Part shown: in pieces, positions 9,502-18,247 of the stretch | Layout of the letters: every line of letters starts with the position of its first letter | Numbering within the stretch: position 1 is the stretch's first letter | Assembly (NCBI GenBank): GCA_964194905.1 | Contig: CAXMOD010000073.1 | Coordinates: 1 to 47,968, forward strand | Source: an uncultured Desulfobacterales bacterium | GTDB taxonomy: Bacteria; Myxococcota_A; UBA9160; JAFDET01 | Direction of reading: 5' to 3' | Length of the DNA stretch: 47,968 nucleotides | Translations under genes and position numbers: made by a program | The notes under the pieces: model-generated | What the model saw: the letters and a program-made list of their open reading frames with translations, nothing else | Told to the model about the DNA's origin: nothing | Databases searched by the model: none

Positions 9502-9860
9502 AGCCCGCCCTCGTCCTGGTCGATCACGGGAGCCGCCGGGCTGAGGCCAACTCCGCACTCGATGAGCTGGCCGCGCTGGTGCGCGCCGCGGATCCCGAGC
9601 GCTGTGTGCACGTCGCCCACATGGAGCTCGCGCCGCCGGAGCTCGAGTCGGCGCTGGGCGCCTGTGCGGCCGAGGGCGCGCGCAGCGTGACCGTCGTGCC
9701 GGTGTTCCTCGGGCCGGGCCGCCACACCCACGAGGACATCCCGCGCCTGGTGCGCGAGGCCGAAGCGAAGCACCCAGAGCTGTCGGTCCGGGTTGCCCCG
9801 CCCCTGGGGCCCCACCCGCTGCTGGCAGAGCTCGTCCTGACACGCGCGGCGGAGGTGTAG
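9498..9860 (+). CDS. cbiX: Small CbiX/SirB-type sirohydrochlorin chelatase
   Basis: 120 aa with LVLVDHGSRR...VVPVFLGPGRHTHEDIP, typical of CbiX(S). ATGA overlap with the upstream gene. Confidence 0.8.
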   Translation: MKPALVLVDHGSRRAEANSALDELAALVRAADPERCVHVAHMELAPPELESALGACAAEGARSVTVVPVFLGPGRHTHEDIPRLVREAEAKHPELSVRVAPPLGPHPLLAELVLTRAAEV

Positions 9861-9890
9861 ATTGAACCGGACGACCGCAGGAAGCTGAGG

Positions 9891-10604
9891 TCACAGCCCG
9901 CGCAGGTGGCGAGCCCAGCGCAGCTCCTCCATGAGTCCGACGATCTCGTCGCGGCGCTGGCGGGCGAAGGGCCCCGGGTTCCAGGCACGTAGGCGCAGCG
10001 GGTTGGGCAGCACCGTGGCGAACAGCGCCGCTTCCTCGGGCTCGAGCTCGGCGGCGGACTTGTCGAAGTAGCGCTGTGCGGCGGCCTCGGCGCCGAACAC
10101 GCACGGTCCGAACTGCGCCACGTTCAGGTAGACCTCGAGGATGCGCTGCTTGGTCCAGAGCAGCTCGATCCACAGCGTGATCCACGCCTCGAGGCCCTTG
10201 CGCAGCGTGCTCGGGTCGGGCCACAGGAAGAGGTTCTTGGCGAGCTGCTGGGTGAGCGTGCTGGCTCCCCGCCGGCGCCCGCCGCGCTCTGCTTCCCGCA
10301 GCGCCTTCTGGATGGATTTTGTGTCGAAGCCATCGTGCAGCATGAACTTCTGATCCTCGGACAGGACGACCGCGAGGCGCAGGTGGGGCGAGATGGACGT
10401 GCGAGGGACCCAGGTCTGCTCCACCTCGGCGCAGGGCTGCCCCGTGGCCGGGTCGTCGCGCAGGCTGCGCTGGATGAACGCCGACGTGTGGATGGGCCCG
10501 CGCCGCAGCATGAGGATCGGCAGCGCCGTGGCCGCCACAACCAGTGCGGCGACCACCACGAGCGCACCCAATGCGCGGAGCGACCAGCGGAGGAGACCGC
10601 GCAC
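9891..10604 (-). CDS. mtgA: Monofunctional biosynthetic peptidoglycan transglycosylase
   Basis: GT51 motifs SEDQKFMLHDGFD, GASTLTQQLAKN, RKGLEAW and KQRILEVYLN, plus an N-terminal TM anchor. GTG at 10604, 5 nt after the antiporter stop. Confidence 0.85.
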   Translation of the reverse strand: MRGLLRWSLRALGALVVVAALVVAATALPILMLRRGPIHTSAFIQRSLRDDPATGQPCAEVEQTWVPRTSISPHLRLAVVLSEDQKFMLHDGFDTKSIQKALREAERGGRRRGASTLTQQLAKNLFLWPDPSTLRKGLEAWITLWIELLWTKQRILEVYLNVAQFGPCVFGAEAAAQRYFDKSAAELEPEEAALFATVLPNPLRLRAWNPGPFARQRRDEIVGLMEELRWARHLRGL

Positions 10605-10609
10605 CCCGG

Positions 10610-11626
10610 CTACCCCCCGTACAGGTAGACCACGAAGGAGTTCAGCAGGTAGAGCGTCACGAGCATCAGGCTCGCCCAGCCCAGCTTCCCGAACACACGC
10701 CCTTCGGGCCTGTACTGGAGACCCACGATGGCCACGCCCGTCATCATCACCGCCGAGAACGCCGAGAGGATGTGGACCGACCCCACGTGCGCGAGGATCG
10801 GCCCCTTGGCGTAGAAGAGGTCCGCGACCGCGATGACTCCGATGTTGAACATGTTGCTGCCGAACAGGTTGGCGACCGCGAGGTTCACGGCGCCGATGCG
10901 GAGCGCGGAGACCGTGACGACCACCTCGGGAAGCGAGGTGATCACCGCGATGAAGAGCGTGCCGACGAAGGTCTCGTACCAGCCCATCGCGCTGGCCAGG
11001 TCCGTCGCCACGAAGGGCAGCCACAGGGAGACCGCGATCACCACCACGCTCGACGCGCCGAAGGCCACCACGGCCTGGGGCAGGGACGTGCTGTTCGAGA
11101 ACTCGGCCGGCGGATCCTCCACGTCCGGATGCTTGCGCTCGTAGCGGAACACCGCGCGCACCGCCGCCAGGTAGATCAGCAGGATGAGGGGCGTGTACAC
11201 ACCCACGTAACCGAGAGACCACCCGACCTCGTCTTCGCGCGCGAGAACCAGACTGAAGCCCACCACGCCGATCAGCAGCACGCCGAGCCCGGCGGAGAGG
11301 ATGTGCCCCTGGCCCGCCAGCTCGAAGACCGAGCGCCCGCGCGACACCAGGTCGAGGACTACCAGGATCACCATGTTGAAGACGCAGCTTCCCAGCACGA
11401 TGCCGACGGCGATGTCCGGCTTGTCGGTGAGCCGCACGGCGCTGATCCCGGTCACCAGCTCGGGCACCGACGTCACCGTGGCGAGCAACGCGATGCCGAC
11501 CCAGGTGCCGCCGAGGCCGGTCTTGTCCGCGATGACGTCGCCGTACCGCGAGAGCGCCGTCCCCGCATAGCCGATCAGCAGCAGCGCGGCGGTGAACTGG
11601 ATCCAGGCGCTGAGAACGTCGTTCAC
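10610..11626 (-). CDS. Ca2+/Na+ (CaCA family, YrbG-like) antiporter
   Basis: Polytopic membrane protein with two alpha-repeat motifs (TSVPELVTG and TSLPEVVVT). The GTG start overlaps the upstream stop (GTGA). Confidence 0.85.
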   Translation of the reverse strand: MNDVLSAWIQFTAALLLIGYAGTALSRYGDVIADKTGLGGTWVGIALLATVTSVPELVTGISAVRLTDKPDIAVGIVLGSCVFNMVILVVLDLVSRGRSVFELAGQGHILSAGLGVLLIGVVGFSLVLAREDEVGWSLGYVGVYTPLILLIYLAAVRAVFRYERKHPDVEDPPAEFSNSTSLPQAVVAFGASSVVVIAVSLWLPFVATDLASAMGWYETFVGTLFIAVITSLPEVVVTVSALRIGAVNLAVANLFGSNMFNIGVIAVADLFYAKGPILAHVGSVHILSAFSAVMMTGVAIVGLQYRPEGRVFGKLGWASLMLVTLYLLNSFVVYLYGG

Positions 11627-13308
11627 GAGGACCCGCTATTCCCTCTCGCGGCACGGCCCTTGCGCGCGCTCTCGGTGATGTAGCGGCGCGAGATGGGCGA
11701 GAGGTCGTCGGGCGGAACGCGGCACTCGATCACGACGAAGTCGCGCACCTCGTGGGCGGCGCGCAGCGCCTCGCGGAGCTCCCGGCGCGAATTCACCTGG
11801 AAGCCGACACCGCCCCAGGCCTGGGCGAGCTCCGCATAGGGCCAGGGCGGAATCTCCAGCAGCTCTCGGCGCGGTGAGACCGGCCGGAAGATCCCCCAGC
11901 CGGCATTGTTCACCAGGACGACGATGGGTGAGAGCCCATACCGCGGCGCGTGGGAGATCTCCATCCCGGTCATCTGGAATGCGCCGTCGCCGCTGACCAC
12001 GAGCGGACGCACGCCCGTCCCGATCTGCGCGCCGAGGGCGGCCGGCACCGCGAAGCCCATGGAGGCGTAGTAGCCCTGGGCGAAGTAGAGGCCGCCCTCG
12101 CGCAGACGCAGCTCGAGACCGCCGAAGAGCATGTCGCCCGACTCGGCGAACACGTGGTAGCCGGCGTGGGCGGCGAGGAACTCGTTCACCTCGACGAGCA
12201 GGTCGTTGACGGAGAGCGGCTTCCCCCGGCTCTTCGCCAGCGGCGTGCGTTTCAGGTTGTCGTGATAGGAGATGCGCTCCTTGAAGCGCGGCAGCTTCTG
12301 GCGAGCCAGCGTGGCCACGAAATCCTTCAGGTCCACGTCGGTGTAGGAGTGAAACGAGACGTTGACCCGGCCACGCACCGCCCACACGGAGCGATCGCGG
12401 CGCACCTGGGGCTTGGAGGCGCCCAGGTTCATGTCGGTGAGGAGCGTTCCGAGCGCGAGCACGAGGTCCGCCTCGCGCACGCGCTTCTGGATCGGCGCCG
12501 GGCTGAACGGGCCGACGTGGACGCCCATGTGCTGCGGGTGGTCCATCGGGAAGATGCCCTTGGCGTCCACGGTGCTCACCACGGGCACGCCCAGCTTCTC
12601 TGCCAGCACCAGGAGATCGCGCTCGGCGCCCACCCGGTAGGCCTCCACGCCGCCGATCAGGATCGGCTTCTTCGCCTTCCCGAGCCATTCCACGGTCTCG
12701 GCGACAGCCTCGTCGAGCTTGCGCTTGTCGGAGCGCTCGCGCGGAAAGCGCCCGTTCCACTCGCGGATCTCCGGCGGTACGGGGATCATGACGTCCACCA
12801 TGTCGCGGTGGATCTCGAGGTAGCCGGGGCGCGACTCGCTCAGGATACGCCCCACGAGCTCGTGCACCTCTTCGGCCGCGCGCTCCGGGTGACTCAGCAC
12901 CCGCGCATCGCAGGTGACCTGCTCGAAGACGCGGTGCTGGCCTTCCACGTCCTTGGCCTGATGGTGCACGCCCGCCAGCTTCTGCTCCGCTTCGCCGGGG
13001 CCGCCGGACACCACGAGCAGCGGGATTTCCTCGGCGTAGGCGCCGGCGATGGGGTTCACCACGTTGTAGCCGCCGGCGCCATAGGTCACGCACACCACTC
13101 CGAGGCGCCGGGCGCTGCGCGCGTAGCCGTCGGCGGCGAAGCCGACGGCCGGCTCGTGGGAGAAGGTGACGATCTCCAGGCCGCGAGCCTCACCGAAGCG
13201 ATGGAAGAGGCCCAGCACCAGATCGCCGGGCAGGCCGAACAGGTGCGTCACGCCCGCGCGCTGGAGGTAGGCCACGAGAAAGTCGCCGAGCGCCATGCTC
13301 GGGCGCAT
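11623..13308 (-). CDS. Thiamine-diphosphate-dependent 2-keto-acid decarboxylase family enzyme (indolepyruvate/phenylpyruvate decarboxylase-like)
   Basis: N-terminal FGLPGD, the TPP motif GDGAFQMTGMEIS...VVLVNNAGWG, and AGAGGAGGG 7-9 nt upstream of ATG 13308. An alternative GTG at 13374 is discussed in the findings. Confidence 0.8.
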   Translation of the reverse strand: MRPSMALGDFLVAYLQRAGVTHLFGLPGDLVLGLFHRFGEARGLEIVTFSHEPAVGFAADGYARSARRLGVVCVTYGAGGYNVVNPIAGAYAEEIPLLVVSGGPGEAEQKLAGVHHQAKDVEGQHRVFEQVTCDARVLSHPERAAEEVHELVGRILSESRPGYLEIHRDMVDVMIPVPPEIREWNGRFPRERSDKRKLDEAVAETVEWLGKAKKPILIGGVEAYRVGAERDLLVLAEKLGVPVVSTVDAKGIFPMDHPQHMGVHVGPFSPAPIQKRVREADLVLALGTLLTDMNLGASKPQVRRDRSVWAVRGRVNVSFHSYTDVDLKDFVATLARQKLPRFKERISYHDNLKRTPLAKSRGKPLSVNDLLVEVNEFLAAHAGYHVFAESGDMLFGGLELRLREGGLYFAQGYYASMGFAVPAALGAQIGTGVRPLVVSGDGAFQMTGMEISHAPRYGLSPIVVLVNNAGWGIFRPVSPRRELLEIPPWPYAELAQAWGGVGFQVNSRRELREALRAAHEVRDFVVIECRVPPDDLSPISRRYITESARKGRAARGNSGSS

Positions 13309-13318
13309 GACCGAGGCC

Positions 13319-13354
13319 CTCCTCTTCGCCGTCTTCTTCGCCTTCTTCTTCGCC
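13319..13354. repeat. Three tandem 12-nt units (minus strand GGCGAAGARGAN)
   Basis: Plus strand: ctcctcttcgcc / gtcttcttcgcc / ttcttcttcgcc. Located between the Nudix stop and ATG 13308. Confidence 0.7.
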
Positions 13355-13370
13355 GTCCTGCGCGCGGGGC

Positions 13371-13928
13371 TCACGGCGCGCCGTCCTGCTCCAGCTCGAA
13401 GCGGTAGAGCGCCGCCACCACCAGCGCATGATCGATCTCGCCCTCTTGCACCAGGCGGCGCAGGTCCGCCAGGGGCACCCGCTCCACGTGGGTCTCCTCG
13501 GCGCCTTCGTTGCGCACGTCCGCCACCTGCCGGCAGCCGCGCGCCACGAACGTGTGGACCCGGTTCCCGAACAGAGCCGGGTTGGGGTTGAGGCTCCCGG
13601 CCGGTGTCACCTCGCGGGGGCGGTAGCCGGTCTCCTCCAGCAGCTCGCGCACGCCGGCCTCCTCGGGGGACTCGCCGGGATCGATGATGCCGCCCGGGAT
13701 CTCCAGGGTGAGCTCGTCCGAGCCGTGTCGGAACTGGCGCACCAACACCACGTGGCCGTCGTCGGTCAGCGGCACCACGTTCACCCACCCGTCGGCGTCG
13801 AGCCGATAGAAGGGGTGGACCGTCCCGGTGCGCGGCGAACGCGCGTGACGGCGACTCACGCTGAAGACGGCGCAGTCCTGGATCGGCTCGACCGAGACCG
13901 CCGGCCACCGTCGGGGGAGCGTCGGCAT
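13371..13928 (-). CDS. NUDIX hydrolase (ADP-ribose pyrophosphatase-like)
   Basis: Nudix box GGIIDPGESPEEAGVRELLEETG. I prefer ATG 13928 over the track's TTG at 13982. Confidence 0.8.
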   Translation of the reverse strand: MPTLPRRWPAVSVEPIQDCAVFSVSRRHARSPRTGTVHPFYRLDADGWVNVVPLTDDGHVVLVRQFRHGSDELTLEIPGGIIDPGESPEEAGVRELLEETGYRPREVTPAGSLNPNPALFGNRVHTFVARGCRQVADVRNEGAEETHVERVPLADLRRLVQEGEIDHALVVAALYRFELEQDGAP

Positions 13929-14065
13929 CGGCGCGAGCGTAGCATGGGGCGCTGCGCGGAAACGGCGGGGATCGATCGTCAAATGAGGGCTAGCATCCGC
14001 GCGCGAGGAAATCCGCCATCGCCTCCTCGAACTTCCGCCGTCAGCGTTCCCAGAGCCAGTTCTAC

Positions 14066-16087
14066 ATGGTTCTGCTGGCGGTGGCCTGTGGTGCGGCCGG
14101 CGCCTTCGCCGCCATCGTCTTCCGAACCCTGATCCGCCTGTTCACGGGCCTCTTCTTCGAGGGCGCCGAGGGCGTGAGCGCAGTGATCGAGGAGGGCTGG
14201 CTGGCCGAGGCGCACGACCCGCTGGAGGTGGCGCGCAGCCTGCCCTGGTACCTGAGCGTCGCGATCCCCGCGGTCGGTGGCCTCATCGTGGGTCCGCTGA
14301 TCTGGTTCTTCGCGCGCGAGGCCAAGGGCCACGGGGTGCCCGAAGTGATGGAGGCGGTGGCGCTGCGCGCCGGCGTCATCCGCGGGCGGGTGGTGGCCGT
14401 GAAGACGCTGGCCTCGGCGATCACGATCGGCTCCGGCGGCTCGGTCGGCCGCGAGGGCCCGATCGTGCAGATCGCCTCGGCCGTGGGCTCCAGTATCGGC
14501 AAGCTCCTGCACGTGACCCCGCGCCAGCTGCGCACCCTGGTGGGCTGCGGCGCGGCAGCCGGCATCTCGGCCACCTTCAATGCACCGATCGCCGGTGCGC
14601 TCTTCGCGGTGGAGGTGATCGTCGGCGACTTCGCCGTCAGCCAGTTCAGCCCCATCGTCATCTCGTCCGTCGTGGCGACCGTGTTGTCGCGCTACTTCCT
14701 GGGCGACCATCCCGCCTTCGAGGTGCCCCAGTACGAGCTGGTCGCACCGTTCGAGTTGCTGCCCTACATGGCCGTGGGCGTGATCGCGGGCCTGGTGGGT
14801 GTCGCGTTCATGCGCATCCTCTACTTCTCGGAGGACCGCTTCGACCGCCTCGCGATGCCGGCCTGGGGAAAGCCCGTGCTGGGCGGCGCGATCGTGGGCG
14901 GCATCGCCATCGTCTTCCCCAACGTCTACGGTGTCGGCTACTCGACGATCACGCCGGCGCTGGAGGGGAACCTGGCCCCCGCAATGCTCGGGGCACTGCT
15001 CGTCGCCAAGCTCCTCGCGACGTCCATCACCGTCGGCTCGGGGGGATCGGGCGGCATCTTCGCGCCGTCGCTCTTCCTGGGCGCGATGACCGGCGGCTTC
15101 TTCGGCAGCTTCATCCACCAGGTCTTCCCGGCCACCACCGCCAGCTCCGGGGCGTACGCGTTGGTAACGATGGGCGCCGTGGTGGCCGCCACCACGCATG
15201 CGCCGATCACCGCCATCATCATGATCTTCGAGATGACCCAGAGCATCAGCATCATCCCGCCGCTGATGGCGGCGTGCGTGGTGAGCACCCTGATCTCGAC
15301 CATGCTGAGCCGCGAGTCCATCTACACCGAGAAGCTCGCGCGCCGCGGCGTGGACGTGCGCAAGCAAGAAGACCCGAACGTGATGCGGCGCCTCTCCGTA
15401 GGCGACGTCATGGACCCCGATGCGGTCACCATCCACGCGAACGCGCGCTTCGAGGAGATCCTCAACCTGGTGGTGCAGAGCGATCATGTGGAGTTCTTCG
15501 TGGTGGACCCGCAGGGCCGCCTGCTCGGCGCCATCGCCCTCAACGAAGTGCGCCGCCTGCTGCTGGACCAGGACGCGCTCAGAAACGTGGTGGTCGCCGA
15601 GGATCTCGTGACGTCCGAGCACCCCACCGTCACGCCCGACGACGACCTCGACATGGTGATGCAGATCCTCGGCCACGCGGATCTGGAGGAGATCGCCGTC
15701 GTCGACCCGGAGGATCCGCGCAAGCTGATCGGGAGCGTCACGAGTCAGCACGCCATCGACGCCTACAACGCCGAGGTGCTGCGCCGCGACCTCGCGGGCG
15801 GCGTCGGGAGCAGCCTGGGTGTCGCCGGCCGCATCCGCCAGGTGGAGCTGGGCGGGGGCTACGTGGTGCAGGAGCTCGACGCGCCGCTGGCCTTCCACGG
15901 GCAGACGCTGCGCCAGCTCGACGTGCGAGTCCGCCACGGCGTACAGGTGGTGCTGATCCGCAGCCCGCTCGAGTCCGACCCCGCGCAGCGAGTGCGCGTG
16001 CCCTCCTCCACCGACCGCATCCGGGAGGGCGACACCCTCATCGTCGCGGGCCCCAAGGAAGAAGTGGAGGCCTTGGGTCACCACTGA
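14066..16087 (+). CDS. ClC-family chloride channel/H+-Cl- exchanger with a C-terminal CBS pair and TrkA-C (RCK-C) domain
   Basis: Selectivity motifs GSGGSVGREGP, GHGVPE and GGIFAPS. The CBS region spans VGDVMDP...VVDP, and the C-terminal segment resembles TrkA-C. An in-frame TAG at 13991 leaves ATG 14066 as the first start. Confidence 0.9.
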   Translation: MVLLAVACGAAGAFAAIVFRTLIRLFTGLFFEGAEGVSAVIEEGWLAEAHDPLEVARSLPWYLSVAIPAVGGLIVGPLIWFFAREAKGHGVPEVMEAVALRAGVIRGRVVAVKTLASAITIGSGGSVGREGPIVQIASAVGSSIGKLLHVTPRQLRTLVGCGAAAGISATFNAPIAGALFAVEVIVGDFAVSQFSPIVISSVVATVLSRYFLGDHPAFEVPQYELVAPFELLPYMAVGVIAGLVGVAFMRILYFSEDRFDRLAMPAWGKPVLGGAIVGGIAIVFPNVYGVGYSTITPALEGNLAPAMLGALLVAKLLATSITVGSGGSGGIFAPSLFLGAMTGGFFGSFIHQVFPATTASSGAYALVTMGAVVAATTHAPITAIIMIFEMTQSISIIPPLMAACVVSTLISTMLSRESIYTEKLARRGVDVRKQEDPNVMRRLSVGDVMDPDAVTIHANARFEEILNLVVQSDHVEFFVVDPQGRLLGAIALNEVRRLLLDQDALRNVVVAEDLVTSEHPTVTPDDDLDMVMQILGHADLEEIAVVDPEDPRKLIGSVTSQHAIDAYNAEVLRRDLAGGVGSSLGVAGRIRQVELGGGYVVQELDAPLAFHGQTLRQLDVRVRHGVQVVLIRSPLESDPAQRVRVPSSTDRIREGDTLIVAGPKEEVEALGHH

Positions 16088-16130
16088 ATCCGATTCAACT
16101 GTTCGATTTATATGATCTTTTCGTTTTTAT

Positions 16131-16158
16131 TTGACTGACCTAGTCGGTTATGTATTCT
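16131..16158 (+). promoter_or_regulatory. Candidate sigma70-type promoter (TTGACT-N16-TATTCT) for the methyltransferase-MFS-TetR operon
   Basis: It lies in an AT-rich island (23 G/C of 70 nt by hand count, 16091-16160), 36 nt upstream of ATG 16194. Confidence 0.35.
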
Positions 16159-16193
16159 TCCGGGTGCCGCAAAGGCCGTCCGGAGGAATCGAG

Positions 16194-16817
16194 ATGCCCA
16201 AGCCCGAGTTCATCGCCCGTCAGTCCGCCCATCCCACGGGCCTGTTGGGTCACCTGGTGGCCCGCGTCATGGCCTTCGACACCGCTGCCGTGAACCGTCG
16301 CGTCTTCGAAGTGCTGGAGCCGAAGCCCGGCGAGCACATCCTGGAGCTCGGCTGCGGGCACGGCCGGGCGCTGCGTCGCGTGGCCGAGGCAGTGGTCCCC
16401 GCTTGCGCCGTCGGCGTCGATCCGTCACCGGTGATGTGTGGCGTGGCCCGGCGTCACGTCAGACGCGCGATCGACGCCGGACACGCGAGGGTCGAACGAG
16501 GCGACTCCCGGCGCATCCCGGAGCCCGACGACTCGTTCGACAAGGTCTTCAGCGTCCACACGCTCTACTTCTGGCCGGACCTGGACCAGGGGCTGCGCGA
16601 GATCCATCGAGTGCTGCGCCCGGGCGGCGAGCTGGTGCTCGCCTTCCATTCCGCCGAGACCCCCGACATCGTCGCCAGCCTGCCGTCGACTGTCTACGAC
16701 CTGCGCAGGGACGAGGAGGTGGCCGACGCGCTCGAGAGAACCGGCTTCGCATCCATCACGATCACGATCGAGCCCAACGAGCTGCGCCTGGCGCGCGCGC
16801 GCGCGAAGGAGAGCTGA
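16194..16817 (+). CDS. Class I SAM-dependent methyltransferase
   Basis: SAM-binding motif ILELGCGHG, then DSFDKVFSVHTLYFW and LRPGGELV. GGAGGA lies 6 nt upstream of ATG 16194. Confidence 0.8.
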   Translation: MPKPEFIARQSAHPTGLLGHLVARVMAFDTAAVNRRVFEVLEPKPGEHILELGCGHGRALRRVAEAVVPACAVGVDPSPVMCGVARRHVRRAIDAGHARVERGDSRRIPEPDDSFDKVFSVHTLYFWPDLDQGLREIHRVLRPGGELVLAFHSAETPDIVASLPSTVYDLRRDEEVADALERTGFASITITIEPNELRLARARAKES

Positions 16818-18247
16818 TGAGCGCTCCCGTTGCCGTTGCAGGAGCCGACGCTGCAGGAACCGGCCGAGCACCGCGGTCGGTGCTCGTCGCGTACGCCGCA
16901 CCCGCCCTTTCGAGCTCGTTCCTCTTCACCGCGGTGAGTCTCTACCTGCTCAAGTACTCGACGGACGTGTTGCTGATGGCGCCGGCCACCATGGGCCTCT
17001 TGTTCGGCATCTCGCGCTTCTGGGACGCGGTCACGGATCCGCTGGTGGGGCACCTGTCCGACCGGACCGATACGCGCTGGGGTCGGCGCCGCCCCTGGCT
17101 GCTGGCGTCGGCGATCCCGGTGGCCGTCGCCTACTACGCAGTGTGGGCTCCGCCGCCGGAGCTCGAGGGCTCGGCCCTCACGCTGTGGATGGCCGCCGCC
17201 ATCGTGATCTTCTACGCGACGATCACCGCGTTCAGCGTGCCGTACAACGCCCTCGGCGCAGAGCTCTCGGCGGACTACCACGATCGTTCACGGGTCTTCG
17301 GAGCAAAGGCCTTCGGCGACCACATCGGCATCATCGCGGCCGCCGGCTCGCTCCTGGTGATGGAGCGCGCGGAGGATCCCCGCGTGGCCGCGGCGTGCGT
17401 CGCCACGCTGGCCGGCGCGCTGATGCTCGGCGGCATCCTGTGGGCGGTGGCCGTGCTGCGCGAGCCCGCCGAGCACCGGTGGCGCGGCGGTGCGCGCACC
17501 CCCTACGCCCGTTTCGCAGACGTGCTGCGCAACCGCGGGGCACGCATCCTGCTGGCCGTCTTCTTCCTGGAGATGCTCGGCTACAACGCGCTGGTCACGC
17601 TGCTCCCCTACGTGACCGAGTACGTCCTCGAAACTCCGGGCTCGACCGCCTACTACCTGTTCGGCACCATCGCGACCACCCTGGCGACGATCCCGCTCTG
17701 GATCCGCCTGTCGCGGCGCTTCGGGAAGGTGAGGGTCTGGACGGCGGCGCTCGTCGTGAAGCTCACCGTCTTCGCGGGACTCGGATTCATCGGAGCCGGC
17801 GACTGGCTCGGCATCGGCGCGCTGACGCTGGTCTTCGGCGCCGCCACCGGGGCCAGCGCGGTTCTCGGCCCCTCGCTGAAGGCCGACGTGGTGGACACGG
17901 ACGAGGCGCTCACCGGCGAGCGCAAGGAAGGGACGTTCTTCGCCGCCTGGGGTCTCGCCATCAAGGGCGCAATCGGCTTCGCCATCCTGCTCTCGGGCTT
18001 CGTGCTCTCCTCGACGGGCTTCCGCCCCAACGTCGCCCAGACGCCGGAGGCGCTGCTGGGAATCCGCGTGCTGGTTTCGGCCTTCCCGCTGCTGTGCCAC
18101 GCGCTGGCCATCGCACTGCTGGTGCGCCTCGACCTGGACGAGAACGCCCACGCGGCGATTCGCAGTCGCATCCGGGCGCGCCGCGCGGCGACGGCTTCGC
18201 GAGGCGCGAGCGCCTGGCTCGAGCCCGCGACGGAACAGGAGCTCTAG
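16817..18247 (+). CDS. MFS transporter, glycoside-pentoside-hexuronide (GPH):cation symporter family
   Basis: 12-TM profile with the GPH signature FWDAVTDPLVGHLSDRTDTRWGRRRPW. The ATG overlaps the upstream stop by 1 nt (TGATG). Confidence 0.8.
   Translation: MSAPVAVAGADAAGTGRAPRSVLVAYAAPALSSSFLFTAVSLYLLKYSTDVLLMAPATMGLLFGISRFWDAVTDPLVGHLSDRTDTRWGRRRPWLLASAIPVAVAYYAVWAPPPELEGSALTLWMAAAIVIFYATITAFSVPYNALGAELSADYHDRSRVFGAKAFGDHIGIIAAAGSLLVMERAEDPRVAAACVATLAGALMLGGILWAVAVLREPAEHRWRGGARTPYARFADVLRNRGARILLAVFFLEMLGYNALVTLLPYVTEYVLETPGSTAYYLFGTIATTLATIPLWIRLSRRFGKVRVWTAALVVKLTVFAGLGFIGAGDWLGIGALTLVFGAATGASAVLGPSLKADVVDTDEALTGERKEGTFFAAWGLAIKGAIGFAILLSGFVLSSTGFRPNVAQTPEALLGIRVLVSAFPLLCHALAIALLVRLDLDENAHAAIRSRIRARRAATASRGASAWLEPATEQEL

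Noticed and set aside
8284-10224. 646-aa minus-strand ORF across the CGS and cbiX genes
   Set aside because: Only the 9891-10604 portion (mtgA) is credible. The upstream part is antisense to two well-supported plus-strand genes.
13929-13982. TTG start at 13982, which would extend the Nudix protein by 18 aa
   Set aside because: It has no SD and TTG is a rare start. The extension (MTIDPRRFRAAPHATLAP) adds nothing conserved, and ATG 13928 gives a typical Nudix length. The call stays uncertain.
13979-16084. 701-aa minus-strand ORF antisense to the ClC channel gene
   Set aside because: Its composition is low-complexity and rich in R, A, G, D and H. It has no motifs, and it is fully shadowed by a gene with unmistakable ClC/CBS signatures on the other strand.
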